A DNA stretch of 64,000 bases. Source: an uncultured Chloroflexia bacterium (GTDB taxonomy: Bacteria > Chloroflexota > Chloroflexia > Thermomicrobiales > UBA6265). Both the position numbers and the translations under genes were made by a program. The stretch is from NCBI GenBank assembly GCA_963741965.1, contig CAVUKC010000002.1:440488-504487 (forward strand). Reading direction: 5' to 3'. Positions 26,882 to 36,425 of the stretch are shown here, piece after piece. Every line of letters begins with the position of its first letter. Within the stretch, counting starts at the first letter, position 1. Below the pieces are notes generated by a model. The model worked only from the letters and a program-made list of their open reading frames with translations. It did not search any database and was not told the origin of the DNA.

Positions 26882-27559
26882 ATGTTCGTGAATATCATTC
26901 TCATGGGCGCGCAGGGGTCCGGCAAGGGGACACAGGCCGCCGTCATCGGACCGCGCCTGTCGCTGGACAAGGTTGCGCCGGGCGAGCTCTTCCGCGCAGC
27001 GATCGCGGAGGAAACGGATCTCGGGCGCGAGGTGAAGTCGATCCTCGAGCGCGGCGACCTTGTCCCGGACGAGCTCACCAATGCCATCGTGCAGGTCCGG
27101 CTCGAGGAGATCGAGCGGGAGAAGGCCGCCGGCACCCTCAATGGGGCGCTCTTCGATGGCTTCCCGCGCACCGCCGGCCAGGCCGGTGCCCTCGACGCGA
27201 TCCTCGGCAATCACGATGACCAGGTCGACGCCGTGGTCGAGATTCAGGTACCGCGTGAGGACCTCATCGAGCGGCTCTCCGGACGGCGGGTGTGCCCGGT
27301 CTGCGGCGCGGTGTACCACCTCGAGGCAGACCCGCCGCGCATGCAGGGCGCGTGCGACAACGAGGGTGCGACGCTGGTCCAGCGCGACGACGACACTCCG
27401 GACGCGATCCGTCGCCGGCTCGAGATCTACGACGAGCAAACTGCGCCGCTCCTTGCCTACTACGAATCGCGCGGCGTGCTGCACCGCATCAACGGGAACC
27501 AGCCGATCGACGACGTGACCAGCGAGCTGCTCGCGGTGATTCCCGGCAAGGAGGCCTGA
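26882..27559 (+). CDS. adk: Adenylate kinase
   Basis: GSGKGTQA P-loop, DGFPR, LID CPVC, QRDDD; alternative start at 26888. Confidence 0.97.
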   Translation: MFVNIILMGAQGSGKGTQAAVIGPRLSLDKVAPGELFRAAIAEETDLGREVKSILERGDLVPDELTNAIVQVRLEEIEREKAAGTLNGALFDGFPRTAGQAGALDAILGNHDDQVDAVVEIQVPREDLIERLSGRRVCPVCGAVYHLEADPPRMQGACDNEGATLVQRDDDTPDAIRRRLEIYDEQTAPLLAYYESRGVLHRINGNQPIDDVTSELLAVIPGKEA

Positions 27560-27562
27560 GCG

Positions 27563-28330
27563 ATGGCCATTACGATCAAGAACGAGCGCGAAATCGAGCG
27601 GATGCGCCAGGCCGGGCACGTGGTGTCCGTGTGCCATCAGCGTGTTGAGTCGGCGATCGCGCCCGGCATCACCACGCAGGATCTGAATGCTGTGGTGCGG
27701 GACGTCCTCGACGAGATGGGCGCCACCTCCAACTTCCTCGGGCACCACGGCTTCCCGGGTGTGATCTGCGCATCGGTCAACGACCAGATCGTGCACGGTA
27801 TCCCTGGCAATCGGCGGCTCAACGATGGGGACATCATCTCGGTCGACATCGGGGCCATCGTGGACGGGTTCCACGGTGATTCCGCCTGGACCTACCCGGT
27901 CGGCGACGTCTCTGACGAGGCCAAACGGCTGCTGCAGGACACCGAGGACGCGCTCTACGCGGGCATCGCGGCGGCGCGCGCGGGCAACAGGATCGGCGCC
28001 ATCGGGGCGGCGGTCGAGGCCTACGCGCGGCCACTGGGATACGGCATTGTTGAGGGCTACGGCGGGCATGGCATCGGCCGGCAGATGTGGGAAGAGCCCC
28101 ACATTCCCAACCTCGGCAGCCCCGACTTCGGGCCGGTACTGCGCGAGGGGATGACACTCGCGATCGAGCCGATGTTGAACCTTGGCACCAAGGCGACACG
28201 GGTACTGGATGACGACTGGACTGTGGTGACCGTCGACGGCTCCTGGTCAGCACATTTCGAGCATACCGTCGTGATTACCGACGGAGAGCCGGAGATATTG
28301 ACGAAGCGGCTGGCACACGTGGTAGAATGA
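27563..28330 (+). CDS. map: Methionine aminopeptidase type I
   Basis: SVNDQIVHGIP, GHGIG, IEPM, SAHFEHT. Confidence 0.98.
   Translation: MAITIKNEREIERMRQAGHVVSVCHQRVESAIAPGITTQDLNAVVRDVLDEMGATSNFLGHHGFPGVICASVNDQIVHGIPGNRRLNDGDIISVDIGAIVDGFHGDSAWTYPVGDVSDEAKRLLQDTEDALYAGIAAARAGNRIGAIGAAVEAYARPLGYGIVEGYGGHGIGRQMWEEPHIPNLGSPDFGPVLREGMTLAIEPMLNLGTKATRVLDDDWTVVTVDGSWSAHFEHTVVITDGEPEILTKRLAHVVE
28298..28328 (+). promoter_or_regulatory. Putative internal promoter for the rpmJ-alpha operon inside the map 3' end
   Basis: TTGACG, 19-nt spacing, extended -10 TGG-TAGAAT. Confidence 0.5.
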
Positions 28331-28569
28331 TTTGTCGTTGCGCATGCCATTCAAGCATGCGCTATCGGCGTGTACGCAAACGCCCCTGCAACCACACCTC
28401 CACAGTGCAGGAGGCCGCATCGCGGGACGGGCGGGTACCGAACGACATGAATTCTGAACAACGGGTAGCCACAGGTGCGCCTGGCCGCTGAGCAGGGAAT
28501 GCTCGCTGAGCGGCGCCGTTTGTTGCGCTTGCCGCAATCGATGTTGAGCGACAAAGGGAGTTACGAACG

Positions 28570-28683
28570 ATGAAGGTCTCGGCTTCGGTGACCAAGCGAT
28601 GCGAACGGTGCCGCATCATCCGCCGCAAGGGCATTGTGCGGGTGATCTGCACAAACCCGCGGCACAAGCAGCGCCAGGGCTAA
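28570..28683 (+). CDS. rpmJ: 50S ribosomal protein L36 (absent from the ORF track)
   Basis: Manual translation [37 protein letters not shown]; RBS GGGAG. Confidence 0.98.
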   Translation: MKVSASVTKRCERCRIIRRKGIVRVICTNPRHKQRQG

Positions 28684-28733
28684 ACCCCGATCGGTCATGG
28701 ACACGACGATACGCAGAGGACAAGGGATACGGC

Positions 28734-29099
28734 ATGGCGAGAATATCGGGAGTTGACCTCCCGCGCGAAAAGCGGGTCGAGATCGCGCTGACCTACATCT
28801 ATGGCATCGGTCTCACGACCAGCCAGCAGCTGCTGGAGCGCACCGGGATCAACCCGGACACCCGCGTGCGGGACCTCACCGACGATGAAACCAATCGGCT
28901 TCGCGAGATCATCGACAAGGAAATGCGCGTCGAGGGTGACCTCCGCCGCGAAGTGTCGATGAACATCAAGCGACTGATGGACATCGGGGCCTACCGTGGT
29001 CTCCGCCATCGTCGTGGCCTGCCGGTTCGCGGCCAGCGGACGCGCACCAACGCGCGCACGCGGCGCGGGCCGAAGAAGGGCGTCGGACGCAGGAAATAG
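28734..29099 (+). CDS. rpsM: 30S ribosomal protein S13
   Basis: [27 protein letters not shown]. Confidence 0.99.
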   Translation: MARISGVDLPREKRVEIALTYIYGIGLTTSQQLLERTGINPDTRVRDLTDDETNRLREIIDKEMRVEGDLRREVSMNIKRLMDIGAYRGLRHRRGLPVRGQRTRTNARTRRGPKKGVGRRK

Positions 29100-29167
29100 C
29101 TTTTTGCCAGGTAGCCGCTGGTTGATACACCGGCGCGCCTGATGATACGTGGAGGCAAAGGCGTACG

Positions 29168-29572
29168 ATGTCAGAGCGACAGCGCAGTTCCAGCAAGGGG
29201 CGAGTTCGACGACGCGATCGGAAGAACATCCCCCGAGGCAAGGCCTACATCAAGGCCACATTCAACAACACCATGGTGACCCTCACCGACCCGGCCGGCA
29301 ACGTGATCGCCTGGTCGAGTGCCGGTGCGCACGGGTTCAAGGGCTCCCGCAAGAGCACCCCGTTCGCCGCACAGGTGACGGCTGAGGCCGCCGCCCGCCG
29401 CGCTCAGGAGCATGGGCTCCGCCAGGTCGATGTCTTCGTCAAGGGTCCGGGCTCGGGTCGTGAGATGGCGGTTCGGTCATTGCAGGCAAGCGGCGTCATG
29501 GTGATGTCGATCACGGACACCACCCCCATTCCGCACAACGGCTGTCGCCCACCGAAGCGACGCCGCGTCTAG
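29168..29572 (+). CDS. rpsK: 30S ribosomal protein S11
   Basis: [26 protein letters not shown]. Confidence 0.99.
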   Translation: MSERQRSSSKGRVRRRDRKNIPRGKAYIKATFNNTMVTLTDPAGNVIAWSSAGAHGFKGSRKSTPFAAQVTAEAAARRAQEHGLRQVDVFVKGPGSGREMAVRSLQASGVMVMSITDTTPIPHNGCRPPKRRRV

Positions 29573-29652
29573 AGCGACGACCCGGCGGCCACTGGCCGCA
29601 CGAGCGCGCATGGTGACCGAGAACCAACCATCCAGGAGGCGTGAACCAATCC

Positions 29653-30285
29653 ATGGCGAGGTACACAGGCCCTGTCTGCCGGCTCTGCCGGCGTGAGGGG
29701 ATGAAACTTTATCTGAAGGGCTCGCGCTGCCACACCGACAAGTGCGGTGTGTCCAAGCGCAGCTACGCACCCGGTCAGCACGGGCAGCGGCGAACCCGCC
29801 GTCCGTCGGAGTTCGGGCTTCAGCTTCGCGAGAAGCAGAAGGTCCGCCGGTACTACGGCGTGCTCGAGACGCAGTTCCGCAAGCACTACACCGAGGCGGT
29901 CCGCCGCGGTGGCGTGACGGGCGACAACCTGCTCCAGATCCTCGAGACCCGACTCGACAACGTTGTCTACCGCATGGGCTTCGCGGACTCCCGCGCCCAG
30001 GCGCGACAGCTGGTGATGCACGGCCACTTCACCGTCAACGGTCGCAAGACCAACATCCCATCGTTCGCCGTTCGCCCGAACGACGCGGTGTCGGTCCGTG
30101 AGGAGAGCCGCAAGCGCGACTACTTCAAGGACTTCGGCGAGATTCTCGCCACCCACCAGGCGCCGGAGTGGCTCTCGGTGGACAACAGCCAGCTCAGCGG
30201 AAAGATTCTGAACCTGCCGGCTCGGGACCAGATCGAGGTGCCGCTCTTCAACGACGCCCTCATCGTTGAGCACTACAGCCGGTAA
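29653..30285 (+). CDS. rpsD: 30S ribosomal protein S4 (Zn-binding type)
   Basis: [27 protein letters not shown]; alternative start at 29641. Confidence 0.98.
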   Translation: MARYTGPVCRLCRREGMKLYLKGSRCHTDKCGVSKRSYAPGQHGQRRTRRPSEFGLQLREKQKVRRYYGVLETQFRKHYTEAVRRGGVTGDNLLQILETRLDNVVYRMGFADSRAQARQLVMHGHFTVNGRKTNIPSFAVRPNDAVSVREESRKRDYFKDFGEILATHQAPEWLSVDNSQLSGKILNLPARDQIEVPLFNDALIVEHYSR

Positions 30286-30376
30286 GTGACGTGTGCCGGG
30301 CCGCGACGTCGGCGGCCCGGGCGCGACCTGATGCCCATGTCCCGGGCTTCAGGGTAGTGTGAGGAGGCGAGTCCGC

Positions 30377-31435
30377 TTGTTGGAGCAACCGCAATTCACC
30401 ATTGAACGTGTAGAGTCGGGGCTCAACTACGGCCGGTACAACATCGGCCCGCTGGACCCTGGCTATGGCACCACGCTTGGCAATTCGCTTCGGCGCATCC
30501 TGCTTCGCTCGCTTGAGGGCGTGGCGGTGTCCCGCATCCGGATCGACAATGTGTGGCACGAGTTTTCGACCATCCCGAACGTCCGCGAGGATGTGACGGA
30601 GATCGTTCTCAATCTCAAGGGCATCAACCTGAAGCGGGTCGTCCCGTTCCAGGGCGATGTCCGCGCGCACCTGTTCTACAAGACCGACAGCGATGGCGAG
30701 CATGTCGTCACCGCTGGCGACGTCTCGTGGCCGGGTGAGATCGACGTGGTCAACCCGGATCACCCGATCGTCACGGTGGACGGCCCGGATGCCGTCATCG
30801 ACATGGACCTCTGGGTCACCGGCGGGCGTGGCTACGTCACCGCCGAAACGCAGGAGTCCTCGACGCTGGGTGAGATTCCCATCGACGCGATCTTCACGCC
30901 CATCGAGCGCGTGAACTTCGTCGTGGAGCACACCCGCGTCGGTCAGGCCGTCGACTTCGACAGCCTGATTCTCGAGGTCATGACCAATGGAAGCATCGAC
31001 CCGGAAGACGCGCTGACCCAGGCCGCACAGATTCTTCGGGATCACGCGCAGGTCATCGCGGAGTTCAACCAGGTCGAAACTGCCGAGGAGCCGACCTCGG
31101 AGCTTCCGGAAGAGGTCCAGAACACCGCGCTCGCCGATCTCGGTCTCTCGCCGCGCGTGCTCAACGCACTGCGCAGCAAGCAGATCGAGAAGGTCGGCCA
31201 GGTGCTCTCGATGGATCCCGAGGAGCTGCTCTCGATCCGCAACTTCGGCCCGAGGTCCCTCAAGGAGCTCCGTCAGGCGCTCGAAGAGGCCGGCCTGGTG
31301 CCCAGCGGCGACGACACCATGGGCTTCGAAGAGATTGAAGACGATCCCGAGACGCGGGAAGCCGCCGAGGCGATTGCCTCACTGGGTGGGACCGATGACG
31401 GGATCGGTGACGGAGATGAGGAACAGGACGAATGA
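30377..31435 (+). CDS. rpoA: RNA polymerase alpha subunit with acidic tail
   Basis: GYGTTLGNSLRRILL, HEFSTIP, IRNFGPRSL; TTG start after GAGGAGG. Confidence 0.97.
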   Translation: MLEQPQFTIERVESGLNYGRYNIGPLDPGYGTTLGNSLRRILLRSLEGVAVSRIRIDNVWHEFSTIPNVREDVTEIVLNLKGINLKRVVPFQGDVRAHLFYKTDSDGEHVVTAGDVSWPGEIDVVNPDHPIVTVDGPDAVIDMDLWVTGGRGYVTAETQESSTLGEIPIDAIFTPIERVNFVVEHTRVGQAVDFDSLILEVMTNGSIDPEDALTQAAQILRDHAQVIAEFNQVETAEEPTSELPEEVQNTALADLGLSPRVLNALRSKQIEKVGQVLSMDPEELLSIRNFGPRSLKELRQALEEAGLVPSGDDTMGFEEIEDDPETREAAEAIASLGGTDDGIGDGDEEQDE

Positions 31436-31785
31436 GGCACCAGAAGGCGGGACGCAAGTTCGGTCGGAACCCAAGCCAGCGCAAGGCCATGCTCCGTCAG
31501 CTTGCCATTTCCCTGATCCAGAATGAGCGTCTGACCACCACCGAGGCCAAAGCCAAGGAGCTTCGTGGTGTGGTTGAGAAGCTGGTCACCATCGCGCGCG
31601 AGGACTCCCGGCACCACCGGAACCTCGTGATGTCGCGTCTCGATCACGAGGCGACCGTCGAGCGACTGTTCGACGTCGTGGCTCCGCGCTACGAGGACGT
31701 CAGCGGTGGGTACACGCGTATCTCGAAGCTCGGCCCCCGGCGCGGTGACGCGGCGTCGATGGTGCTGATCGAGTTTGTCGTCTAG
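31432..31785 (+). CDS. rplQ: 50S ribosomal protein L17
   Basis: MRH...TTEAKAKELR...GGYTRI...RRGDA. Confidence 0.99.
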   Translation: MRHQKAGRKFGRNPSQRKAMLRQLAISLIQNERLTTTEAKAKELRGVVEKLVTIAREDSRHHRNLVMSRLDHEATVERLFDVVAPRYEDVSGGYTRISKLGPRRGDAASMVLIEFVV

Positions 31786-31803
31786 GAGTTCGGAGCGGCG
31801 TCG

Positions 31804-32644
31804 GTGGAGCATCGTCTCAAGCTGACAGTCGCCTATGACGGGTCCCAGGTATGGGGCTCGCAACGGCAGGCGGGGCACGACACCGTCCAGGGAATCCTGG
31901 AAGCGGCGCTCGGCGCCCTGGCAGGCCAGCAGGTCGGAGCCGAGCTCGCCGGGCGAACGGATCGCGGCGTTCATGCGACCGGACAGGTGGCAAGCTGCGA
32001 GGACATTCGCCCGGAGATGACCCCCGAGCAGATTCGGCGAGCGCTGGATGGCAGTGTGGCGGAGGCGGTATCGATCGTGGCGGTGGAGCGAGTCCCGGGC
32101 ACCTTTCACGCCCGCTTCGACGCCCGCTGGCGGGAGTACCGATACCGGATCTGGTCCGGAGCGAGATCACCGTTGATCGAGCGCGCTTCGTGGCATCGCC
32201 GAGGCGCCCTGAACATCGCGGCGATGGCCCAGGCGGCCGAGCGGCTAGCCGGAACCCACGACTTCGCCTCCTTCGTGGCGGGCGGAGAAGGGGTTCCATG
32301 GTCCGGTCAGGCAGCAGGAGGCGCGTGGCACGGTCCGCACCGTGATGCACTGTTCGGTCCGGCCGGCAGGTGCCTGGTGGCCATCGGGGGACCTCGATGG
32401 TCAAGGCATGGAGGTTCGCGTGGTGGCGGACGGGTTCCTGCCACGCATGGTCCGCGGGTTCGTTGGCGCCCTGGGTGAGATCGGCCGCGGCGCCAACGAA
32501 CCTGACTGGATCGATGAGCTACTGGACCGGGCCGACCGACGAGGAGGCCCACCAACGGCGCCGGCGCACGGACTGGTGCTCTGGCGCGTGGGATACGGAA
32601 ACGACACACCGGAACCGGCCGGCACGGCGAATCAGGCACGATGA
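31804..32644 (+). pseudogene. truA: tRNA pseudouridine(38-40) synthase, frameshifted near 32305-32312 (likely indel artefact)
   Basis: AYDG, AGRTDRGVHA, FHARFDA in frame 1; [20 protein letters not shown] in the +1 frame. Confidence 0.88.
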
Positions 32645-32678
32645 CGGACTCGTGACGCCGAACAGGAGTTTGAGAGAA

Positions 32679-33134
32679 ATGGAACGACGAACGTATTCAG
32701 CCAAGCCGAGCGAGGTACATCGCTCGTGGTTCGTGGTCGATGCTGAGGGCAAGACCCTCGGCCGGCTCGCGACCACGATCGCGACAATCCTCCGCGGCAA
32801 GCACAAGGCCACCTTCACCCCGCACATCGACACCGGTGACTTCGTCATCGTGCTGAACGCGGGCAAGGTTCGGGTCACCGGCAACAAGGACGTGGAGAAG
32901 ATGTACTATCGCCACTCCAACTACCCGGGCGGCCTGAAGTCCACCAGCCTCCGCGAGCTGCGCGAGAAGCACCCGGAGCGGATCCTCGAGGCCGCGGTGT
33001 GGGGCATGCTGCCGCAGAACAACCTCGGTCGCCAGCAGCTCAAGAAGCTGAAGCTGTACTCTGGCGCCGATCACCCGCACGCCGCCCAGCAGCCCGCCGA
33101 GCTCGTCGTCGACGACACGGCGACCCGCGTCTAG
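32679..33134 (+). CDS. rplM: 50S ribosomal protein L13
   Basis: [27 protein letters not shown]. Confidence 0.99.
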   Translation: MERRTYSAKPSEVHRSWFVVDAEGKTLGRLATTIATILRGKHKATFTPHIDTGDFVIVLNAGKVRVTGNKDVEKMYYRHSNYPGGLKSTSLRELREKHPERILEAAVWGMLPQNNLGRQQLKKLKLYSGADHPHAAQQPAELVVDDTATRV

Positions 33135-33157
33135 GGCGCGGGTTTCAAGGAGATTCC

Positions 33158-33568
33158 ATGAGCGAAGCAGCTTCCAAGGATCAGTTCTACTACGGCGTGG
33201 GGCGTCGCAAGTCCGCGATCGCCCGTGTGCGCCTCTACCCCGGTGAAGGCAACGTCACCATCAACGGCAAGTCGAGCCGCGACTACTTCGGCGGCCGCGA
33301 GCTGCACCAGACGGTGATGCTCGAGCCGATGCGCGCGACCGGTACCGCCGACCGCTTCGATGTCGTCGTCACCGTGGTTGGCGGCGGTGTCAGCGGCCAG
33401 GCCGGTGCGGTGCGCCACGGCATCTCCCGCGCGCTCATCCGCTTCGACGAGGAGCTTCGTCCGACGCTCAAGTCCGGCAAGTTCCTCACGCGTGACGCTC
33501 GCGAGAAGGAGCGCAAGAAGGTCGGTCTCAAGCGCGCCCGCAAGGCGCCGCAGTACACGAAGCGCTAG
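33158..33568 (+). CDS. rpsI: 30S ribosomal protein S9
   Basis: [30 protein letters not shown]. Confidence 0.99.
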   Translation: MSEAASKDQFYYGVGRRKSAIARVRLYPGEGNVTINGKSSRDYFGGRELHQTVMLEPMRATGTADRFDVVVTVVGGGVSGQAGAVRHGISRALIRFDEELRPTLKSGKFLTRDAREKERKKVGLKRARKAPQYTKR

Positions 33569-33593
33569 ACGCTCTCGGTACACCTTCCGACAA

Positions 33594-33633
33594 GCGACAC
33601 CCCGGAGGCACCTGCCTCCGGGGTGTCGTCGTT
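33594..33633 (+). terminator. Strong hairpin closing the ribosomal superoperon
   Basis: CGACACCCCGGAGGCA-CC-TGCCTCCGGGGTGTCG perfect inverted repeat; weak U tail. Confidence 0.7.
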
Positions 33634-33795
33634 CCTGCTGCGCGGATGACCGGTCGGTCGCCCGGTGGAGTCGCAGCTGGCCCCATTGCACACACCCAAT
33701 GGTGCCTCGCCGCTGGAGCGGACCGCAACCGGAGCGAACCGCCTTCGGCGAAGGTCGCCGGCTGGTCTTCGTGGAGCTGGTTTACTCGCTCGGTG

Positions 33796-34656
33796 CTATG
33801 GATTCCACTGGTGTGACTGCCGGGTGGTGACGTCGTACTGGTCGACGCGATCGTACGCCGCAAGAATCTCCGCTCGCATGCTCTGAACGCTGTTGATGTC
33901 GGGCGCGTACAGGCTCGACATCCACGCCGGCACCGAAGGCTCGGGTGCGATGCTGATCACCCCGCTGTATCCCTGGTCCGCCAGCATCCGAATCGTTCGC
34001 AGGCATGTTTTGGCCTGCGGTGACGCGGCGTCGAGCTCACGGCCCGCCGTGGCTGGCCGGATGCGCACGAGCACCAGCCGCGGGAAGAGACGCAGGAGCG
34101 CTGCCTCGGCCTCCCATCGCTCGATCCCGCGACCGGTCAGGTCGAGCGCGATGTCCATGTCCCACTCCTCGGCAACGCGTCGCATGTTTGCGACGTGCTC
34201 GAGGTGGGGCCCGGATCGCGCCAGCAGCGCTTCCGCGCCAACCCGCAGTGCGATGCGTACGCCGGTCAGATCCGCTTTCTGACGTGCGAGGCGGCTCAGC
34301 TGCACGCCCTGCTGCCGTGGGGCGCTCGCGCGGGGCAATATGACGGTCCGGAGGCCATGGTTCGTCGCCGCGCTGGTAAGAAAGTCGCCAAGCCGCGACG
34401 CGCGCTGCTCGCTGACCAGGCCGGTGTACTGCGCCGGCAACCAGATCGATCGAATCCGCGTCGTCTGGTGATCATCGAAGTCACCGGCCGCCGGACTGCG
34501 CCACGCGCTCCGCAGGTCCAGGTCGAGCCCGTAGAGCCCCGCGTCGGCCGCCTGCACGGGCGAGATTTGTGGTCTCCCGAGGAGCGTTGCGTCTGTGCCG
34601 ATGAGGATGGTGGGGCGCCGGAATGGAGTCCGCGGGTTCGACGGGTTCCTGGACAT
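33796..34656 (-). CDS. Hypothetical protein, degenerate xylose-isomerase-like TIM barrel
   Basis: Co-oriented with upstream cluster, RBS GAGG; C-terminal LADQGYSGVISI resembles AP-endonuclease-2/TIM family. Confidence 0.55.
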   Translation of the reverse strand: MSRNPSNPRTPFRRPTILIGTDATLLGRPQISPVQAADAGLYGLDLDLRSAWRSPAAGDFDDHQTTRIRSIWLPAQYTGLVSEQRASRLGDFLTSAATNHGLRTVILPRASAPRQQGVQLSRLARQKADLTGVRIALRVGAEALLARSGPHLEHVANMRRVAEEWDMDIALDLTGRGIERWEAEAALLRLFPRLVLVRIRPATAGRELDAASPQAKTCLRTIRMLADQGYSGVISIAPEPSVPAWMSSLYAPDINSVQSMRAEILAAYDRVDQYDVTTRQSHQWNP

Positions 34657-34727
34657 GACAGCCTCGGACACGAAGGGCGGATTGCCGGGATTGTGCTGGC
34701 CCCAGTCTATCAAACCGGCGTGGTCGC

Positions 34728-35621
34728 TCAGGTGTGCGTGCGCAGCGATCCGATAGCCGCCTCGACCGCCAGCTCTGCCGCCAGGCTGGCCCGCAGCGAC
34801 TGCTCCAGCGGGCAGGAGCCGGTCTCATTGACCGTGCTGGCAAACGCGATGTCACCGTCCGCGATGGTGTGCGCGGGCACGATCTCCCGGGCGAGCGCGT
34901 CGTGCATTGCGACGGTCATCCGCATCAGCGCGGCGTGATCGAGTGCGATGTCGGTGACGCAGGCCATCAGTGTGGTCGCCTCACCGAGCGATGGCTGGGA
35001 TGGACTCGCGGCGAGCATCGTGACGCGAGGGTCTGACTCGGACTGACCACGCAACACGCCGTAGGCGTTCACCGCCACGATAGCGGTGACGGTGCCCTCT
35101 GCGAGGCGCGTTTGCGCCATGACGAGACCACCTGGCACGACCGCGGCGGGTCCGCCGATGTTCCCGACGGTCGCGCCGGTGCCGGCACCATATGGGCCGG
35201 TCTTCACGTCGGGTAGCGGAACCGCGGCGGCGGTCGCGGCGTGGCCCGAGACCGCCGTCGGAAACGCGGGCGCGCCAACGGCGAGGTCGAAGAGCACGGC
35301 TGCTGGCACGATCGGCACGCGCCCCGCAACCGTCGGGAAGCCGCGCTCGTGCTCGCGCATCCAGTCGACGACCCCTTCGGCCGCGGCGAGCCCCATCGCG
35401 CTGCCGCCAGTAAGAAGGATCGCGTCGGGCCGCTGGACGGTGCGGCCAGGCTGGAGCAGGTCCAGCTCGCGGCTGCCGGGCGCCGCGCCGCGTACCTCCA
35501 CTGCCGTGAGGGCAGGACGGTCGAACCGGATGACGGTGCAGCCGGTCCGGGCGTTTGCGTCCGTCCAGTGTCCGACCGCGACACCCGCAACGGGCTGCAG
35601 ATCGGCGGTCAGGATTTCCAT
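34728..35621 (-). CDS. P1 family peptidase (DmpA/S58-like)
   Basis: GVAVGH, TGCTV, RGAAPGSRE, LTGGSAMGL, GAGTGA, HTIADGD. Confidence 0.88.
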   Translation of the reverse strand: MEILTADLQPVAGVAVGHWTDANARTGCTVIRFDRPALTAVEVRGAAPGSRELDLLQPGRTVQRPDAILLTGGSAMGLAAAEGVVDWMREHERGFPTVAGRVPIVPAAVLFDLAVGAPAFPTAVSGHAATAAAVPLPDVKTGPYGAGTGATVGNIGGPAAVVPGGLVMAQTRLAEGTVTAIVAVNAYGVLRGQSESDPRVTMLAASPSQPSLGEATTLMACVTDIALDHAALMRMTVAMHDALAREIVPAHTIADGDIAFASTVNETGSCPLEQSLRASLAAELAVEAAIGSLRTHT

Positions 35622-36391
35622 CTCACCTCGAGCCCCGGTACCGCCCGCAGCAGCGTGCCGTGATAGTCGTGGCCGGCCGCGTTCATCACCTCGTCCGTGT
35701 CGAACTCTTCAAACATGTGCGTCAGCACGAGCGTCTGCGCGCCGACATCGGTAGCAATCTTCGCCGCCTCCTTCGGCAGCAGGTGCCCACGCTGCTCGTA
35801 GGGCATGTCGCGCCCGCCGCGCTCGGCTGATTCGGCGAGCACCACCCGCGCGCCCGTGCCAAATGGGACGAGATCGGCGGACGGGCCGGTGTCGGCGGTG
35901 TAGAACAGGTCGCCGGAGTCATCGTTCGGATGCACCCGGATCGCCCAGCACGGCACGAAGTGCACGGTGGGATGGAAGGTGAACGTGAGATCACCGATCT
36001 CGACGCTGCCGTCCGGGTCGTATTCCTGGATGTCGAGCACGCCGGAGAACCACTCCAGACCGCTCTCCGGTGTGTCGAACGCCTGCGCGATGCGCCGGAG
36101 GGTCGCGATGCCTTCGGGGGGGAGGAACAGCGGGATCGGCGCTGGTGCCGGGATGGGGTTGTAGCTCAGGGTGAACCGCAGTGCGACGAGATCGGCGATG
36201 TGGTCGGCGTGCAGGTGCGAGATCACGATGCCGTCGAGCTCGCGGTAATCGACGTGCGCGCGGAGCTGCTGTAGCGTGCCCGGCCCCATGTCGAGCACGA
36301 TGCTGGTGTCGTCGCTCTGGACGAGATAGGACGAGCATCCCTGCAGCGTGCCCGTGCCCGCCGCGCTGCCGCCGAGTGTTGTCAGTTTCAT
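35609..36391 (-). CDS. MBL-fold metallo-hydrolase (RNase Z/YhfI-like)
   Basis: SHLHADH, YTADT, GHL, LTH motifs. Confidence 0.9.
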   Translation of the reverse strand: MKLTTLGGSAAGTGTLQGCSSYLVQSDDTSIVLDMGPGTLQQLRAHVDYRELDGIVISHLHADHIADLVALRFTLSYNPIPAPAPIPLFLPPEGIATLRRIAQAFDTPESGLEWFSGVLDIQEYDPDGSVEIGDLTFTFHPTVHFVPCWAIRVHPNDDSGDLFYTADTGPSADLVPFGTGARVVLAESAERGGRDMPYEQRGHLLPKEAAKIATDVGAQTLVLTHMFEEFDTDEVMNAAGHDYHGTLLRAVPGLEVRWKS

Positions 36392-36425
36392 CCCGCTTCC
36401 TCCCAAAATGCCCGGTTGGTCATGG

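Noticed and set aside
28331-28569. Decayed infA or a small ORF in the map-rpmJ spacer
   Set aside because: Forward-frame translations show no IF-1 motifs and no RBS-led ORF
32300-32315. Programmed ribosomal frameshifting in truA (also nth and the permease)
   Set aside because: No slippery heptamer or stimulatory structure seen, and no precedent known for these genes
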